Assembly (NCBI RefSeq): GCF_006345805.1
Contig: NC_043007.1
Coordinates: 2,480,001 to 2,544,000 of the forward strand
Reading direction: 5' to 3'
Length of the DNA: 64,000 bases
Source: Octopus sinensis
Taxonomy: Eukaryota
Shown here: positions 1-13,844 of the stretch, piece after piece
Layout: every line of letters starts with the position of its first letter
How positions within the stretch are numbered: the first letter of the stretch is position 1
Translations under genes and position numbers: made by a program
The notes under the pieces: model-generated
Told to the model about the DNA's origin: nothing
Databases searched by the model: none
The model's input: the letters and a program-made list of their open reading frames with translations, nothing else

Positions 1-329
1 TAACATACGAATCAGTAGACGTGTTTGAAAGGGATGTTGAAAGAGCTTAAACAAAACCATAACGAGTTCTCAATAGACATCAATAAAAACCATATTCTTT
101 AATTTACGCCATGTTATAATTTTATTTATAATGCACAAAGTAATATAGTGAAAATTAGTGATACATAACAAACGTGGATGTTCAATCAATATTGATGAAA
201 GAGATATATTCATGTTTGTTTGTTTTTTTGCACACAAGCCATAAACGCAGTGTGTTCGGACTGTCTGCTGTCATGTAGGGTGTCTAACAAATATTTGAAT
301 ATTATAACCATTCCTATTTGTGGTATCTC

Positions 330-626
330 ATCTTTTGTATTCTGTTTGTTTCAATCACTAGAGTATGGCCATACTGGGACACTGCATGGAAAGGATTCGG
401 TCGAACTAGTCGACCCTCGGTACATATTCGTAGAAGCCTGATACATCTTCAATCGAACTCTTTTTTCTAGGTCGTAAACAAACCAATAGCGGTTGCCGGG
501 TGGTTGTGGGAACAACTTTAAGCACAAAGACACACGCATAAATATGCACATACATATGAATGAAAGTGAACCAGGAAATATATTGTTGGGAAGCAAACTT
601 CTTACTGAACCGCTACGCCTGCGCCC
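330..626 (-). mobile_element. Degenerate copy of tRNA-derived SINE family 1
   Basis: Diverged match to the copies at 4381 and 8870 (tggccatactgggacac..., gaaccaggaaat...aagcaaacttcttac...cctgcgccc). Confidence 0.6.
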
Positions 627-1171
627 ATGTATGAAACGGGATATGCAACACCGTCTCCCGTATGTGTAATAAGGTAAGAAGGGTTTTCACAATAGGTTTG
701 AAGGTAACCTAAAATGGAACTTATGCGAACTTGCATAGAGTTATGATTGCTTGTAACATCTAGAAAAGTACATGTCTACCTAGACTTCGATGTATGGACA
801 GTTGAATCGATTCTGACATGTACGTCTTAACTTATCCCAACATTATACAGACATGGAAGGTCATGTCACTCTAAGTGCGATTTGAAATTGAAGCCTACCC
901 CTAATCATGAATTACGACCAAGCATTTAATGTAGGACTCTAGGGTTTCCATCTTCAATATTGCCGAGCAATATACAGCATAATTTGTTCTAATTTAGTTA
1001 ACATTGCGGCAATCTTGAGCACTAGGAATCACTCGATTACATGGACGCACTGATTTATTTCATGGACTGGCCGGATTTAAAGTCAGAATATAAAGAGTTG
1101 GAATATGAATATACAAATTTATAAGAGTAGACGTATAGTAGCGAAATATCTAATTAAAACTAGTATTATTA

Positions 1172-1300
1172 AGGGGTAGGGGTTAATTCTGCGATGAAGT
1201 GGCTCCCCGTTCAGGTAATACCACAGCAAACCCGGCTGCTTATAAACCATAAGAACTGGGATAATCTCTGGTTTAATGAGCTAATGGCTCGTAAAGCATA
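1172..1300 (+). mobile_element. Possible degenerate V-SINE-like domain fragment
   Basis: ggggttaattctgcgatgaagtggctccccgttcagg resembles the recalled V-domain motif cctgcgatggactggcatcccgtccagg. Single copy in the window. Confidence 0.3.
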
Positions 1301-2557
1301 GGAAATTAAGATTAATTAAAACTAGCTTTTTTTAGAAAGAAGTCGAGAAATACAGAAAGAACTAATGTAATATCGAATCGCAGTTGGAAATCAAGGTATA
1401 TTGAACAATAAATTCATTTATTCATTTTATTCAGGAACATGGAGATAGCTTTAGAGCCATGCAAACTTCGATATCTTTGGAGCCAGAAAATAGATTTTAA
1501 ACCTTTGTTACGGTTAAAATATTTTTTTTCACTCATACGACAACTTTATTCATCCAGTTTATGAAGGGATTTGAGGCTATGAAGCTCCGAATCGTCTTCC
1601 ACTGAACACACACAGAGATAGAGTCTATCCACAAAATGAATATTTGTTTTCAAAATGGTGTAACGCATGACTAATGGAGGGATAAACGATTATCTATTTA
1701 GATATTGCAAAGTTTATATGAATATACAACACAAACTGTTTTCAGTTTCAAGTCGTGTTTTCTAAGGCAAATATATAAATTCAAGTATAAAGAATCGAAT
1801 GAAAACTCTATTAATCTAAACTTTATTAAAAATAACATGCAGATATCGTATTAACTCCAAAGTTGACAAAAACAAATTATGTCACACGGCTGGAAGTGAA
1901 TACGGCAATGGGGCCCAAGCAAATAACACTACAGCGCAACCTTCATTGATCAAACCTTCATGTGAACAGTATTTTATGGATATAATGCACACATAAAACA
2001 ATCACAGCATTTCATGAACATGCGTCCTTAAACATATATGCAAACATGCCGAATATCATTTGCGTATATGAATTGAAATATATTTACATAACATGAACTT
2101 TTTATTTCAATTACAGATTAGAATATTCTGCTCCATAATGCAGCATAAATATATTGTAAACGCACTTTGGATATTTTGTTTCCGTCTTTAAAATTTGGTC
2201 TTCAATTTGATTTGAAGTAAATGTTTTACAGAAGTTATCGTTAAATGTTGCATTCGAACTATGCAAGAGATTGCTAAAAGCATTTAGCAAAACAAGAAGT
2301 GAAGAGGCCTTGGGGTGCTTGATTAGCTATAGAGGTTATAACACCTCTACTCTTAACCGAATGTCAAAGAGAACGATATGTTCTCATATATATAACGAAG
2401 ATTCTCAAAAGTCGTTTTATAAATGTTGCTGTTCAAATAAGAAATACAACTATGATGAAAGGGAGATGATGTTAGATGTCATTATTCGTATAATCATTGC
2501 ATCGTTACATCATTACCCTATATAGAAACTATTCGGCATTTAAAACTCCGAAATTAT

Positions 2558-2597
2558 ATATCTGTTTCTTTACCCATATATCTGTTTCTTTACCCAT
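2558..2597. repeat. Perfect 20-bp tandem duplication
   Basis: atatatctgtttctttaccc repeated twice. Confidence 0.85.
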
Positions 2598-3229
2598 GGC
2601 AAAGTAGACGGCCTCCAATTGATCATCGAAACTGAAATCTTATGTATGCTGAAAAACTAAACACAAACGCTACATACTTGGACATGAAGAGGTATCTCAC
2701 AAAAAACGTAGAACAAAATTTGAAGAAGGTGGTGCTTTGTTGTGCTCGGGACCATCATGCGAACTTTCAATTAAAGACCTCACGGCTGAAATGTGTAGAG
2801 AAAGATCGACATAGGAAGCTTTATTGATATAGCTTTTTCAAGGATATTAGTCTATCGTATATTAATAGTGTTAGCAGTAAATGACAATAGTAGTTTCGGG
2901 GATATGCTGGTCAGGCAGGTAAGCTGACAATTTCGAACGTGTATTCAACTGAAAAGTGACTGCGATCGTCTGCTGGAAAGTGACTATGATCGTCTGCTAG
3001 ATCGTCTGCTGGAACTAAAAATATTACGTCGTGAAAGAAACATAGTAGCCGTTCCAGAACACAGCAAGACTTAACATTACTGAAGCATTTATTATTTGGT
3101 GTCAAATTTGTCGAGTTGGTCACTTACGTGGTTGCGGTAGTGCTAATATTTGAAATGACAGTGATATAAAAATTTTGAAAAGGGTGTTCTGAGCATTGGA
3201 TAAAAAGAAATGGATGCTCGTCTTTATAC

Positions 3230-3281
3230 AGTATAATATAATATAATATAATATAATATAATATAATATAGAATAATATAG

Positions 3282-3322
<41 letters not shown>
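3230..3322. repeat. (ATAAT)n/(TA)n microsatellite
   Basis: Visible directly. Confidence 0.95.
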
Positions 3323-3325
<3 letters not shown>

Positions 3326-3422
3326 TGGATGTTTGTTTTATATATAAATATATACGTAAATACATACGTCCTACGACTCTACACTCTGAACTGAAGATGA
3401 TATATGTGCGAATGGTCTTGAA
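3323..3422 (+). mobile_element. ~100-bp repeat fragment, inverted partner of 5171-5270; probable PLE end
   Basis: Near-identical reverse complement of 5171-5270; contains CTGAAGA; flanked by microsatellites. Confidence 0.6.
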
Positions 3423-3424
3423 TG

Positions 3425-3449
<25 letters not shown>

Positions 3450-3455
<6 letters not shown>

Positions 3456-3669
3456 GGGGTGCTGAAACGTTCCTCGCTTTGGGTAATAGAAAATACAGGA
3501 CGATCAGTTACTTATGATTTTATTCAACATTTTCACCTCTCATATCAACACACTTATTGCAAAAATCATTCAGTTATAACTAAGCCCTGTAAAAGTACTC
3601 GGAAGGTTGGCGCTTCAAGCAGGCGTTTCGTGACATCTTGAAAGCTAGATTTTTAAGCACGCCTTTGTA
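3450..3669. mobile_element. Tc1/mariner-type MITE
   Basis: Termini TACGAGGGGGTGCTGAAA ... TTTAAGCACGCCTTTGTA with TA ends; homologous copy at 25333-25547. Confidence 0.75.
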
Positions 3670-3690
3670 CACAGACACAAACACACACAC

Positions 3691-3751
<61 letters not shown>

Positions 3752-3790
3752 AATCACACACAAATACACACACATATACATGTATGTGCA
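3670..3790. repeat. (CA)n microsatellite
   Basis: Visible directly. Confidence 0.95.
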
Positions 3791-4380
3791 CTGATAGAAA
3801 TTGTTACAAATTGAAGAGTTTGTAGCAGTGCTGTGAAATAGAATTATCTGTGTAAAACACTGAGGAACGAAAAGCGTTGATCGGCATGGAGATGTGCTGA
3901 GTAAGAGGTTGGTGGGGTAGCTCTAAAGATTGGTAATATATGCACAAAGTACACATTTCACAATGTATGGAGTACTTAAATGATAAATATTTAACGTTGT
4001 AAATATAATGATGTTAGGAAATAGATTTATTTTTATGCTTTAAATAATTCAGAAACGCCATTTTCGTGGGAAATAACGCCAGTTAATGATATTATATTTA
4101 ATATACGCACTATTAAACATCTAAGTAGAAATAAATATTGTATGAGGAAAGAAATATAAGGATATTAATCAATATCTATATTATTTACATTTTCCAAACA
4201 TATTTGCCGACATAATGATAAATGAGTATCAAAGTAAATAGACATTATTTGCATAAAAAATTACAGGTAAGTTTGCGGTATATATATATTTAATATGTGC
4301 TGACGTATATACATACATACACACATACATGCATACACATATATATATATACACATATATACTCACATTCTTTATTTTTA

Positions 4381-4781
4381 TTCTTTTACTTGTTTCAGAC
4401 ATTTGACTGCGGCCATGCTGGAGCACCGCCTTTAATCGAGCAAATCGACCCCGGGACTTATTCTTTTGTAAGCCCAGTTCTTATTCTATCGGTCTATTTT
4501 GCCGAACCGCTAAGTAACGGGGACATAAACACACCAGCATCGGTTGTCAAGCAATGCTAGGAGGACAAACACAGACACAAACACACACACACATATATAT
4601 ATATATACACATATATACGACGGGCTTCTTTCAGTTTCCGTCTACCAAATCCACTCACAAGGCTTTGGTCGGTCCGCGGCTAGAGTAGAAGACACTTGCC
4701 CATGGTGCCACGCAGTGGGACTGAACCCGGAACCATGTGGTTGGTAAACAAGCTACCTACCACACAGCCACTCCTGCACCT
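4381..4781 (-). mobile_element. tRNA-derived SINE family 1, full length (probably octopus OK-type)
   Basis: Minus strand has A-box TGGCTGTGTGG, B-box GGGTTCAGTCC, an internal (CA)/(TA) tract and a (AGTAAAAG)-type tail; high identity to copies at 8870, 17581, 19466, 39364 and 58324. Confidence 0.9.
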
Positions 4782-4793
4782 ATATGTATATAT

Positions 4794-4884
<91 letters not shown>

Positions 4885-4909
4885 CGTGCGTGTGTGTGTG
4901 TATACATAC

Positions 4910-5270
4910 ATCACCTTTTCAATGGTGAATGGAATGATTTAGATAGCACTGCTCTTATTCTGATTTTCTTGCTATGTAGGCTTATCTCGGACGGGAGGAG
5001 GAGGCGAAGCTGTTTCTTGAAAGTGTCCACCCGATCTCTCCATGGCGATCTCTCGTCAGATATTTTGACATGGGGGTAATAGCTGTGGGCCCTTGATTCC
5101 CAAGCTAAAGTGATACGTGGTTCTCGCGAGAATGGTATAGCTTTCAATGCCAAAATTTGGTGCGCAGACCTTCAAGACCATTCGCACATATATCATCTTC
5201 AGTTAAGAGTGTAGAGTCGTAGGACGTATGTATTTACGTATATATTTATATATAAAACAAACATCCACCA
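4910..5270 (-). mobile_element. Probable PLE 3'-end (pLTR) fragment
   Basis: Minus strand reads CTGAAGA-stem(gtgcg/cgcac)-GAAAGCTA, a degenerate hammerhead layout; microsatellite-flanked; 5171-5270 has an inverted copy at 3323-3422. Confidence 0.45.
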
Positions 5271-5605
5271 CTCGCACACACAAGCAAACAGATATACACA
5301 CATATACATATAAATATGAATAGTAGATTGGAAAACAATTGGTATGATTCATTCACCATTAGGCATGATTCCTTTGCTAACAGAAATTATAAAGATGACA
5401 TGTTGGATAGACAGGTATGAATTGTCCTATAAGAAATGCCTGTGAGAGAGAATAAAATAACACAAAGTTTAAATTTAGATGAAGTCTTTATATATAGATA
5501 TAAAATCAAGAGTCGCATCGTATAGATAGCTGGGAGAGAGAATGAAGAGCAGATCTAGATGTACAGAAAGGAGAGATCTAGGGAATGGGGTAATGTGTGT
5601 CTAAA

Positions 5606-5750
5606 GAAGCACTCCGTCGGTTACGACGATGAGGGTCCCAGCTGATACGGTCAATGGAACAGCTTGCTCGTGAAATTAACGTGCGAGTGGCTGAGCACTC
5701 CACAGACATGTGTACCCTTAACGTAGTTCTGAGGGAGATTCAGCGTGACA
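5606..5750 (-). mobile_element. 3' fragment of SINE family 3
   Basis: Reverse complement of the 3' part of 53687-54059 (ccctcgtcgtcgtaaccgacggagtgcttc). Confidence 0.85.
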
Positions 5751-7261
5751 TCCAAAGCATCCAAAGTACAGAAAAAAATTGAGTAAAGTTATAAAAAAAC
5801 AGCACTGGTATATAGATGAAACGAATTTCTTCTTAGCCGTGGAAATGATTTGAATAAAATGTATTTACGAATTTATAAACTCTTATTAACTAGCAAAACA
5901 TAAACGAAACACGTGCAAACGCACTGGAATGGCAAACAACCGGTGGATTTTTTTTTTCATTTGAAATAGCGAAATAGGAATCATTGTATAATAAGTTGGG
6001 ATTAAACGCAATAAGTGTAAAAGAAATATTCCACCTTGGCTACGCGTTTCAATCTAATGAATATATGATCATAATAAAGACAATAATGCTGTGAAGTTTC
6101 AAGTGGAAACATGTAGTGTTTAGAGATAAGGACACGAATAAGTAAGGTAGCTATTTCATAGAGTTATTTGAGTTTCTGCCAATGTAATTAGAGTCCATAA
6201 ACAATGGTGGGCAGATGATTGGCGTAATGCTTGACGCAGATCGTTTAATTTGCAGCCATAGAAAACTTTTCAATTCTGAAGAGGTCAAAATAGGTTGACA
6301 AATTCAATGCTTAATAACCGGGAGAAAAATTGGACTGGAATTATACATAATTACTTAATTATATGAATTCTTCGAAACACTTATATAATTATTCCTCTGT
6401 GAATTTTCGGGTTGCCGTCGATAGCTTACGTTTAAAGTAAATGCATGTATATTGATTATATAAATCTGACATATGATGTAGCCAATTAAATAATTAGTAG
6501 AATGTAATAATTCCCAAATGTCGTATTTTATAGAGCTTATATTATCATAAACTCCTAAAATTATTCATATCAGTTAATCTAACGCAACGGACTTAGTCAA
6601 ATCACACAATACTTCTCGATCAAGGTCAACAAGAGAGCCCTCACACGGCCTATGTTAAATCTTTTAAATATAGCGATGCCAACAGAAAGGACGTAAGGAC
6701 ACATTGTACAGTGTAGCAACGAAAACAACAACCAAATCATATAATCTTTGTTGTGATTCCAGTTCTTTTCAGGGGTTTCTTTTCTATAGTCATAAAAGTT
6801 CACGCTTTCTATAAGCATTCAGTAATCAGCTCGTACAATCAAAATTTTCAAAACGTACCTTGGCATGATTATATCCTATCCTATCTTTGCTGAATATATT
6901 ACAAAGTTTAAAAGTCAGCTCACGACCAATATCCCCGAGCTGCAAAATCTTAGAGAAGAAAAATAACAAATATTTAAGCGGCGGCAATGAAGAAGCAACA
7001 AAAGCAAACAATTAAATAACGACTGCAATAAAAATAAGACATGAATAAAACATTTCCTATTTGTGTATTTTCAGGAAGTTTATGTATCATTTAACAGAAT
7101 ACGATCACTATTGCGAGAAAGTGGAACATCATCAAAATCGTTTAATGGAATGACTAAGTGGCACCTTTATACCTTCTACGAAAATATATATAAACACCAA
7201 TAGAGCTTTGAATGTGGAGACGGCAATAAAAACTAAAAAATTGAAAAACAAAACAAAACAA

Positions 7262-7846
7262 AAACAGAATATATGAAAACAAAATATATAAAATGATAAA
7301 AACAGAATATAAACAGAACATAAAAACAGAATATATAAAACTATATCAAGCAGAATATATAAAACAGGATATATAAACAGAATGTATAAAACAGAATATA
7401 TAAAACAGAATATATAAAACAGAATATATAAAACAGAATATATAAAACAGAATATATAAAACAGAATATATAAAACAGGATATATAAACAGAATGTATAA
7501 AACAGAATATAAAAAAAAACAGAATATAAAAACAGAATATAAAACAGAATATATAAAAAGAGAATATATAAAATGATAAAACAGAATATAAAACAGAGTA
7601 TAAAAAACAAAATATATAAAAATATATAAAACAGTATATATAAAAACAATATAAAACAGAATATAAAACAGAATATATTGAACAGAATATATAAACAGAA
7701 TATATAAACAGAATATATAAACATAATATATAAATCAGAATATATAAAACAGAATATAAAAAACATAATATATAAAACAGAATATATAAAACAGAATATA
7801 AAAAACAGAATATATAAAACAGAATATATGAAAACAGAATATATAA
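7262..7846. repeat. Minisatellite, ~14-bp unit AAAACAGAATATAT
   Basis: Dozens of variant units; bracketed by ~80-bp direct repeats at 7191-7271 and 7844-7924. Confidence 0.95.
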
Positions 7847-8169
7847 ACACCAATCCTTATCAGAGCTTTGAATGTTGAGGCGGCAATACAACAAAAAAAT
7901 TGAAAAAAAAACAAGAACAGAATAAATTTGTTATTGTAATGTCTTCTTCTCACATATTCTAATAAAAAGTTTCTACATCGAACATCGCTTTAAGAAATCT
8001 TATCTTACGACCTTTATTACAAAGCACCAGCTATACTGAGGCGTGCTTACCTGGCTTGATCAGGTCATTTCAGCAGACAAATATGATCAATAAACGTTCG
8101 TCATTCTTCAGATTGCTCATAGTTTTCTAAATTCGAAATTTTCCGTTTTAGATAAAGCCAAACGGCCAC

Positions 8170-8555
8170 GCAGCGAATCTGGCTCTTGTAAGGGAAATAA
8201 CTATATAAGCATTTTTAGAGAGTCATAGCCAAAAAATAGCAAAAAAATGCATTAAAAATGGAAAAAAAATGATGGTAATTTTTTTTTAAATCGTTGACTC
8301 ATCGTAGACATTTTTAGAGAGTTACTTCCCTTATACAATAGCGAAAGAATGCATTAAAATGGAAAAAAATGATGGTAATTTTTTTAAAATCGTAGACTCA
8401 TCGTAGACGCGCGCTAATACCCTGAAGGGCTCGATATGAATCAAGACTATAAGATACCCGGTTTTGGTTAAACTGCACCGCAAAATGTGGGAGTAGTTAG
8501 GAATCTAAATCGTAGGAGACAGACAACACACAACCTCACTTTTATATATAAAGAT
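8170..8555 (-). mobile_element. Non-autonomous Helitron-like element (5' part) with internal tandem duplication
   Basis: Minus strand begins A|TCTTTATATATAAAAGTGAGGTTGTGTGTTGTCTGTCT, similar to non-autonomous Helitron 5' ends; ~100-bp internal duplication (aatgcattaaaatggaaaaaaatgatggtaa...gactcatcgtagac). No clear 3' CTRR end. Confidence 0.5.
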
Positions 8556-8869
8556 ATGGAAATATATTCCACATACGATTTTTCATCACATAGACACATT
8601 TGATTGATTTATTTAGTGCTGCATGTGAAATTACCTTGGCAACAGAATCTCTTGTTTTAAGAAACGGAATTCAAATCAGAGACATACGGTACCTTTAATT
8701 CTAGAGACGGCAACAGCTTGATCAGACTCAACGGATTAGTTGTGAGCAGAGAGCATTTAAACGTTAAAGGTTTTAGGTTCATTCCATGGATTAGCAGAAG
8801 AATATTCTGTTGAAACGGTTAGCACAAACTATTCAGAATAAAGAAAATTGTCTGTAGATCAAACAACAT

Positions 8870-9263
8870 TACTCTCTTTTACTTGTTTCAGTCATTTGAC
8901 TGCGGCCATGCTGGAGCACCGCCTTTAGTCGAGAATTTCGACCCCGGGACTTATTCTTTGTAAGCCCAGTACTTATTCTATCGGTCTCTTTTGCCGAACC
9001 GCTAGGTGACGGTGACGTAAACACACCAGCATCGGTTGTCAAGCAATGCTATGGGGACAAACACAGAAACACACACATATATATATATATACATATATAC
9101 GACAGGCTTCTTTCAGTTTCTGCCTACCAAATCCCCTCACAAGGCATTGGTCGGCCCGGGGCTATAGCAGAAGACACTTGCCCAAGATGGCACGCAGTGG
9201 GACTGAACCCGGAACCATGTGTTTTGTTAGCAAGCTACTTACCTCACAGCCACTCCTGCGCCT
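8870..9263 (-). mobile_element. SINE family 1, full length
   Basis: High identity to 4381-4781. Confidence 0.9.
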
Positions 9264-9279
9264 TACATTATATATATAT

Positions 9280-9570
9280 ATATATAATACAAAAATGGGA
9301 CAAGAACGAAAAACATCCAGACAGTTAGGTGATACATAAAAGGGACAACAAAACAACGAGACAGACGATACAAAGTAAACAAGGCGGCTGATTTGGAGTT
9401 TTCTATCCTCAGTCGAGTTCCAGATTATCTTTGCAATTTCGGCTGGTTATACTCGAGAGTGCTCCAATCTGGCCAGCCGCAAGGAAAATCTAAGCTAAGA
9501 GCACTAGATTCCTTGGAAGGAAGCAGCAGATGTACACGAAAACAAGGACGGAAAATAACAGAGAAATGGT
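9280..9570 (-). mobile_element. Microsatellite-flanked repeat, possible PLE-derived end
   Basis: Lies between (TA)n and (TG)n; minus strand has stem ggctgg/ccagcc followed by GAAA and a T-rich 3' end like 49071-49281. Confidence 0.35.
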
Positions 9571-9790
9571 GTATGTGTGTGTTTGTGTGTGTTTGTGCGT
9601 CTGTGTGTGTAGTGGGTTGTAGCCGTTATAAAATCTGTCAAGAAAATTTAGACCAAAACGTTGAAAGAGAAACTGTGTTTAGTTTTATAATAAACATGGG
9701 CGATCTGGTAATATCGTCTTTTGTGAGATGAAAATATCTTTAGCTTTCTGTAAAATCAAAAATGTTGAGATTTTAAATATTTCAAGGACC

Positions 9791-10172
9791 AGGCATAACA
9801 GTGTGGTTTAGAAATACACTTGCAAGTTACATTCACCCAGTTTAGTTCCAGTGTGCCGTTCATTGCGTCTCTGCTGCTTTTGCGTCGAACCGACCACTAC
9901 TGTGATGGGGTTTGGAGAACAGAAACTGTATGGAATCCTGTCATGTATGTGTAAGCGTGTCTTTGTGTTTGTGGTTGATCTTACACCTCTTGACAATCAG
10001 TATTTGTTTGTTTATGTCCTCGTAATATAGTAATGCAGAAAAAAGAGAACAATAGTACTAATAACAAACTTATAATTAAGAACTTCAGCAATTTGGCTAA
10101 GTAAACTCATTAAGTATGGAGTGGCTCCACCATGGCATTAAGTCTGAGGTGGCTCCAGCATGGCCGAAGTTA
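9791..10172 (+). mobile_element. Degenerate SINE family 1 relative
   Basis: gaaactgtatggaatcc...gtgtctttgtgtttg...ggtggctccagcatggcc matches family 1 in plus orientation. Confidence 0.6.
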
Positions 10173-10199
10173 AGAAGAAGGAAGTGTATTTTGCCTGGA

Positions 10200-10960
10200 G
10201 AAATATGTAATGGAATAAAGGAGTTTAAAGAATTAATGTGAAGTACATACGAAATTACTAAATCAGATATTTGGTTAATCTACAAAGGATGCAGTAATAA
10301 GATACCGAAGGGGCGATATTGAGTACTTTGATTCTTTAATGAAAAGCAGCATAGGGTTCGAATTTGTGACAATTTTAATCAACCGGATAATTGATTTTAA
10401 TCCAATAATAGGGAGATGATAGTAAATTTATAACGGAAATGGGTGTGTAGGTTTTCTATGTTAATTGTAAAATTAGGATTGGGCGTGTGTATTGCAATAT
10501 TAAAACATCCAGTTTATTACTTTGAAGGAAATTAGATTTTATTAATAAATGTGCAACGATATAAATCGTTACATTGTTGTAAGAATAATAAGGGGTGCAG
10601 GGAAGATATATTATGGCGTACGATTAATTACTGCTAATCTTATACGGTTAATTGTCATTATGAAGGATTAAATATTTCCTGAGACGTAAACTGAAATACA
10701 GTGCTCAATAATATTAGAAAAAAACTTTGAAGGAAATCCTCGATTTCGGTACAATTTTAAAATTTCGGGAGTGAAATAATGGTATCAAGCTTGCGAAGTT
10801 TACTGGTTAGATAAATCTTAATTTGGATTAATCCATACTTTGAAAAGAAGGGGATATGTTCGTGAAATTAATCAGGTATCTAGGTAACACTTAGAGTGCA
10901 CTGAGGGTCATCTGAAATATATAAAAAATTAGTGATGTTGAGTAGCACTTAATATATAGG
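10200..10960 (-). pseudogene. Decayed Penelope-like reverse transcriptase
   Basis: Minus strand gives LDVLI followed, after a frameshift, by HRKPTH (10443-10460), matching the PLE RT motif FLDV...RKPTH. Confidence 0.5.
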
Positions 10961-11696
10961 CATCAGACGTGCATCCGTGGCGTTGATCGACGTTTAAAAA
11001 ATATTTTTGAACGTTCCTGCATTTATGTCGACTCTTCCAACCTAAATCAGTAACTGGTTTATTTTTCCCATTATAAATTAGGGAAGGACCTTTTGCCTAT
11101 CAACATAATATTGTTCAGACTGGATTTTAAAAATATGCTTTATGCCACGTGGAATTTCGCTAACACAGTTATGGCTGAAACTAACAAAAATACCATCGAC
11201 CAAAACAGCACCAGGAAGGTAAGAAGACGCAGGTACTCCTCTCATTTCACTTGGACTCTACATTTGAACTAAAGATCTTCTTTGATGCTATAAAAAAAGC
11301 CCCTGAAGACTCTTTTACTGGATATATGTAGTGATTAGTAAAATACTGGGCTTCAAAACTTCCAGATTTTATATCCGGATTACACATTTACATTTACACC
11401 CAATACTATTTGGAACATTTGACTTTGTAAGTAAATGCATAACTTTCAATCCAGACAGGCGTTTACTTATAATCTTGGATTTTCAGAAAAAGAAATCAAC
11501 CACCTCATTCACACATTATAAATACAATCTCTAAGCGGAACGGTAAAACTCTGCAAGACTTTTCTAAAGTTTAAAATGTGACATTGTTTTCGTTATCAAC
11601 ATTCCAAAGATGGAGTTTTGTATCTTTGTTAGAAACCAGCTCCTTCCTCAGAGGAAGGATTTAAATAATTAAGACAGAAGAGAATGAACAAACGAA

Positions 11697-11771
11697 CATA
11701 CATACATACATACATACATACATACATACATACATACATACATACACATACATCCATACATACACACTTAC

Positions 11772-11802
<31 letters not shown>

Positions 11803-11885
11803 CATACATACATACATAGGAGAATACATACACACTTAGGTACATACATACATACATACACATACATCCATACATACACACTTAC

Positions 11886-11916
<31 letters not shown>

Positions 11917-12002
11917 CATACATACATACATACATACATGCATACATACATACATGCATACATACATGCATACATACATACATACATACATATACATACA
12001 TA
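11697..12002. repeat. (TACA)n microsatellite with internal duplication
   Basis: Visible directly; the block catccatacatacacacttactta occurs twice. Confidence 0.95.
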
Positions 12003-12899
12003 CTTATACACCAATATTCACCTACCTTATCGGTTCAATCACTGGATCTCTTCACGTTCTAACACCATTGGGATTACCTACAATATATGTATCACTATCA
12101 CCTCTAGCATTACATATATACCTAGGATTTTCTGCCAAATTTAGGAATCAATGCTTTAGATATCTATTGCCTTAAACCTCTAAAGCACCCAGTGACACGA
12201 TACCATTTCCTTCTCTTATGCAACGAGCACACCTTAATTAGCAAATTTCAAATCTTTGTATGTTTCTGATCCACGCTGGTAATTTAGTCAGAATCTCAAA
12301 AAACGAAAGCATAATTCTCGAGTCATGTTCTATTCACTTATTAACGAAGCCAAGCCTGCATCAAATTTTCTCTATTAAATTTTATAATTACAATATTTTT
12401 TGAGGAAGATTTTAATTAGAATAAACTGTAATCTTAATTAAATCTGGTATTTGGAAATGCAATACCGCCAAATAAAAAAGAAAAGTACAAAGCCTCATTA
12501 ACAATATTAATAGAAGCAAGAAAACAGGTTGGATTTTCTTAGCATATTGAATCATGTAGCGGGGGGGGGGGCTATATCCCCACAAAATATCATCCTGTGC
12601 TCACCTAAGCAGCATATTCATAATCCTGATTTATGTAGAGTAAAATCCAAGAAATAATAACAGAAATAATTATTCCCTGCAAATGTATTGTGAAGCAGAA
12701 TTCTTATATTATCAACAGATTTTACACTTTTGATAATAACGGAACAACGCATTAGCTTAAGAAAGACAATGCCACAATAAACGGAATGCTAAATATATAC
12801 AAAATGTCTATTGTCTGTAATTTTGAATAAAGTTACTTAGCATTTACGTAGCTTATCTCTAATTAAAAATCTTTTGAGTCAACTGAGACCATACTGCAT

Positions 12900-13330
12900 T
12901 AATTGCATCTAGCTATGTTAAATTTATTGTGGATTGATATATCTGCATCGTAAGGTAGTGACTCCAAAGGATATTGCGGTTGGTTGGTTGGAGGTCGTGC
13001 TTGGTAAAGGGAAAAGAGCAGGAAACCTGATAGAGTGCCAGGAGCAACTGAAGAAGGTAGGATGCAGCGTGAGCATCCCAGTCTGAATAATTCCTCTCGT
13101 TTTATCAGGATTAATCCACTTTTCACAGAACGCATCCATTTCCTGCGTTTGGCAGTTTTCATGTTTGATATATTTTATCATCCATGTGCTTTTCATGTCC
13201 TGCGCAATCTTCTTTCTGGAATTCTACATCTGACTTCTATATACAGTATTTCTTGGAGCTGATTTGTATTCCTTCCTTTATGTTCACTAACATTATAAAT
13301 CCTACGAAGTATTCTCTTTATTTTTTTCAA
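12900..13330 (-). pseudogene. Possible decayed PLE GIY-YIG region
   Basis: Minus strand YIEVRCRIPERRLRRT resembles YIGETxRxLxxRLxEH; weak match. Confidence 0.3.
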
Positions 13331-13844
13331 GATTTCATCAGGGTTACACAGACGTGTATACATACATGCATGTGTGTGTATGTGCGTGCATGTGTGCCTG
13401 TGCGTATTAGTGTATGTATTAGTGTAAGTGCGTATGTGTGTAAGTGTTCTGTGAAGGATATCTTCAATGTTATAACTGCAAATAAAACGAAAACACGATC
13501 GACTGAAGTATGCAAATTAATACTTATTGGCGCATTACACAGACACCTATACTCCTTGCTACATTGGAAATGTATCATACCAGTAATTAACTAGTCAGAA
13601 CAACCGTCAGAAACTGTACTAAGTGCCAGAGGAATGCGTTATGAATATAAATTTTAAAAATAGATATAGTAGAATAACTATGACAAATACGGGTGGCTGA
13701 TTAGTTTATGCGTTGAAATACTTTGTGTCACATATAATTGAACTTACGGTCTTTTTAATGTCGATGAGAATAAGGGTAAATTTCAGGAAGACAACAACCA
13801 CGATAATAATTACAAAACAGCATTCAAATATTATTTCTGATATA

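Noticed and set aside
1335-1500. Exon-intron-exon-like pattern
   Set aside because: The intron would be under 40 nt and the peptides are unrecognisable.
2271-3123. Short ORFs and gatcgtctgct repeats
   Set aside because: No motif support; the repeats are a small local tandem duplication.
4544-4747. Recurrent peptides YDGLLSVSVYQIHSQG / GTEPGTMWLV
   Set aside because: Chance translations of non-coding SINE family 1.
7341-7894. 170-aa and 182-aa hydrophobic ORFs
   Set aside because: Translations of the 14-bp minisatellite.
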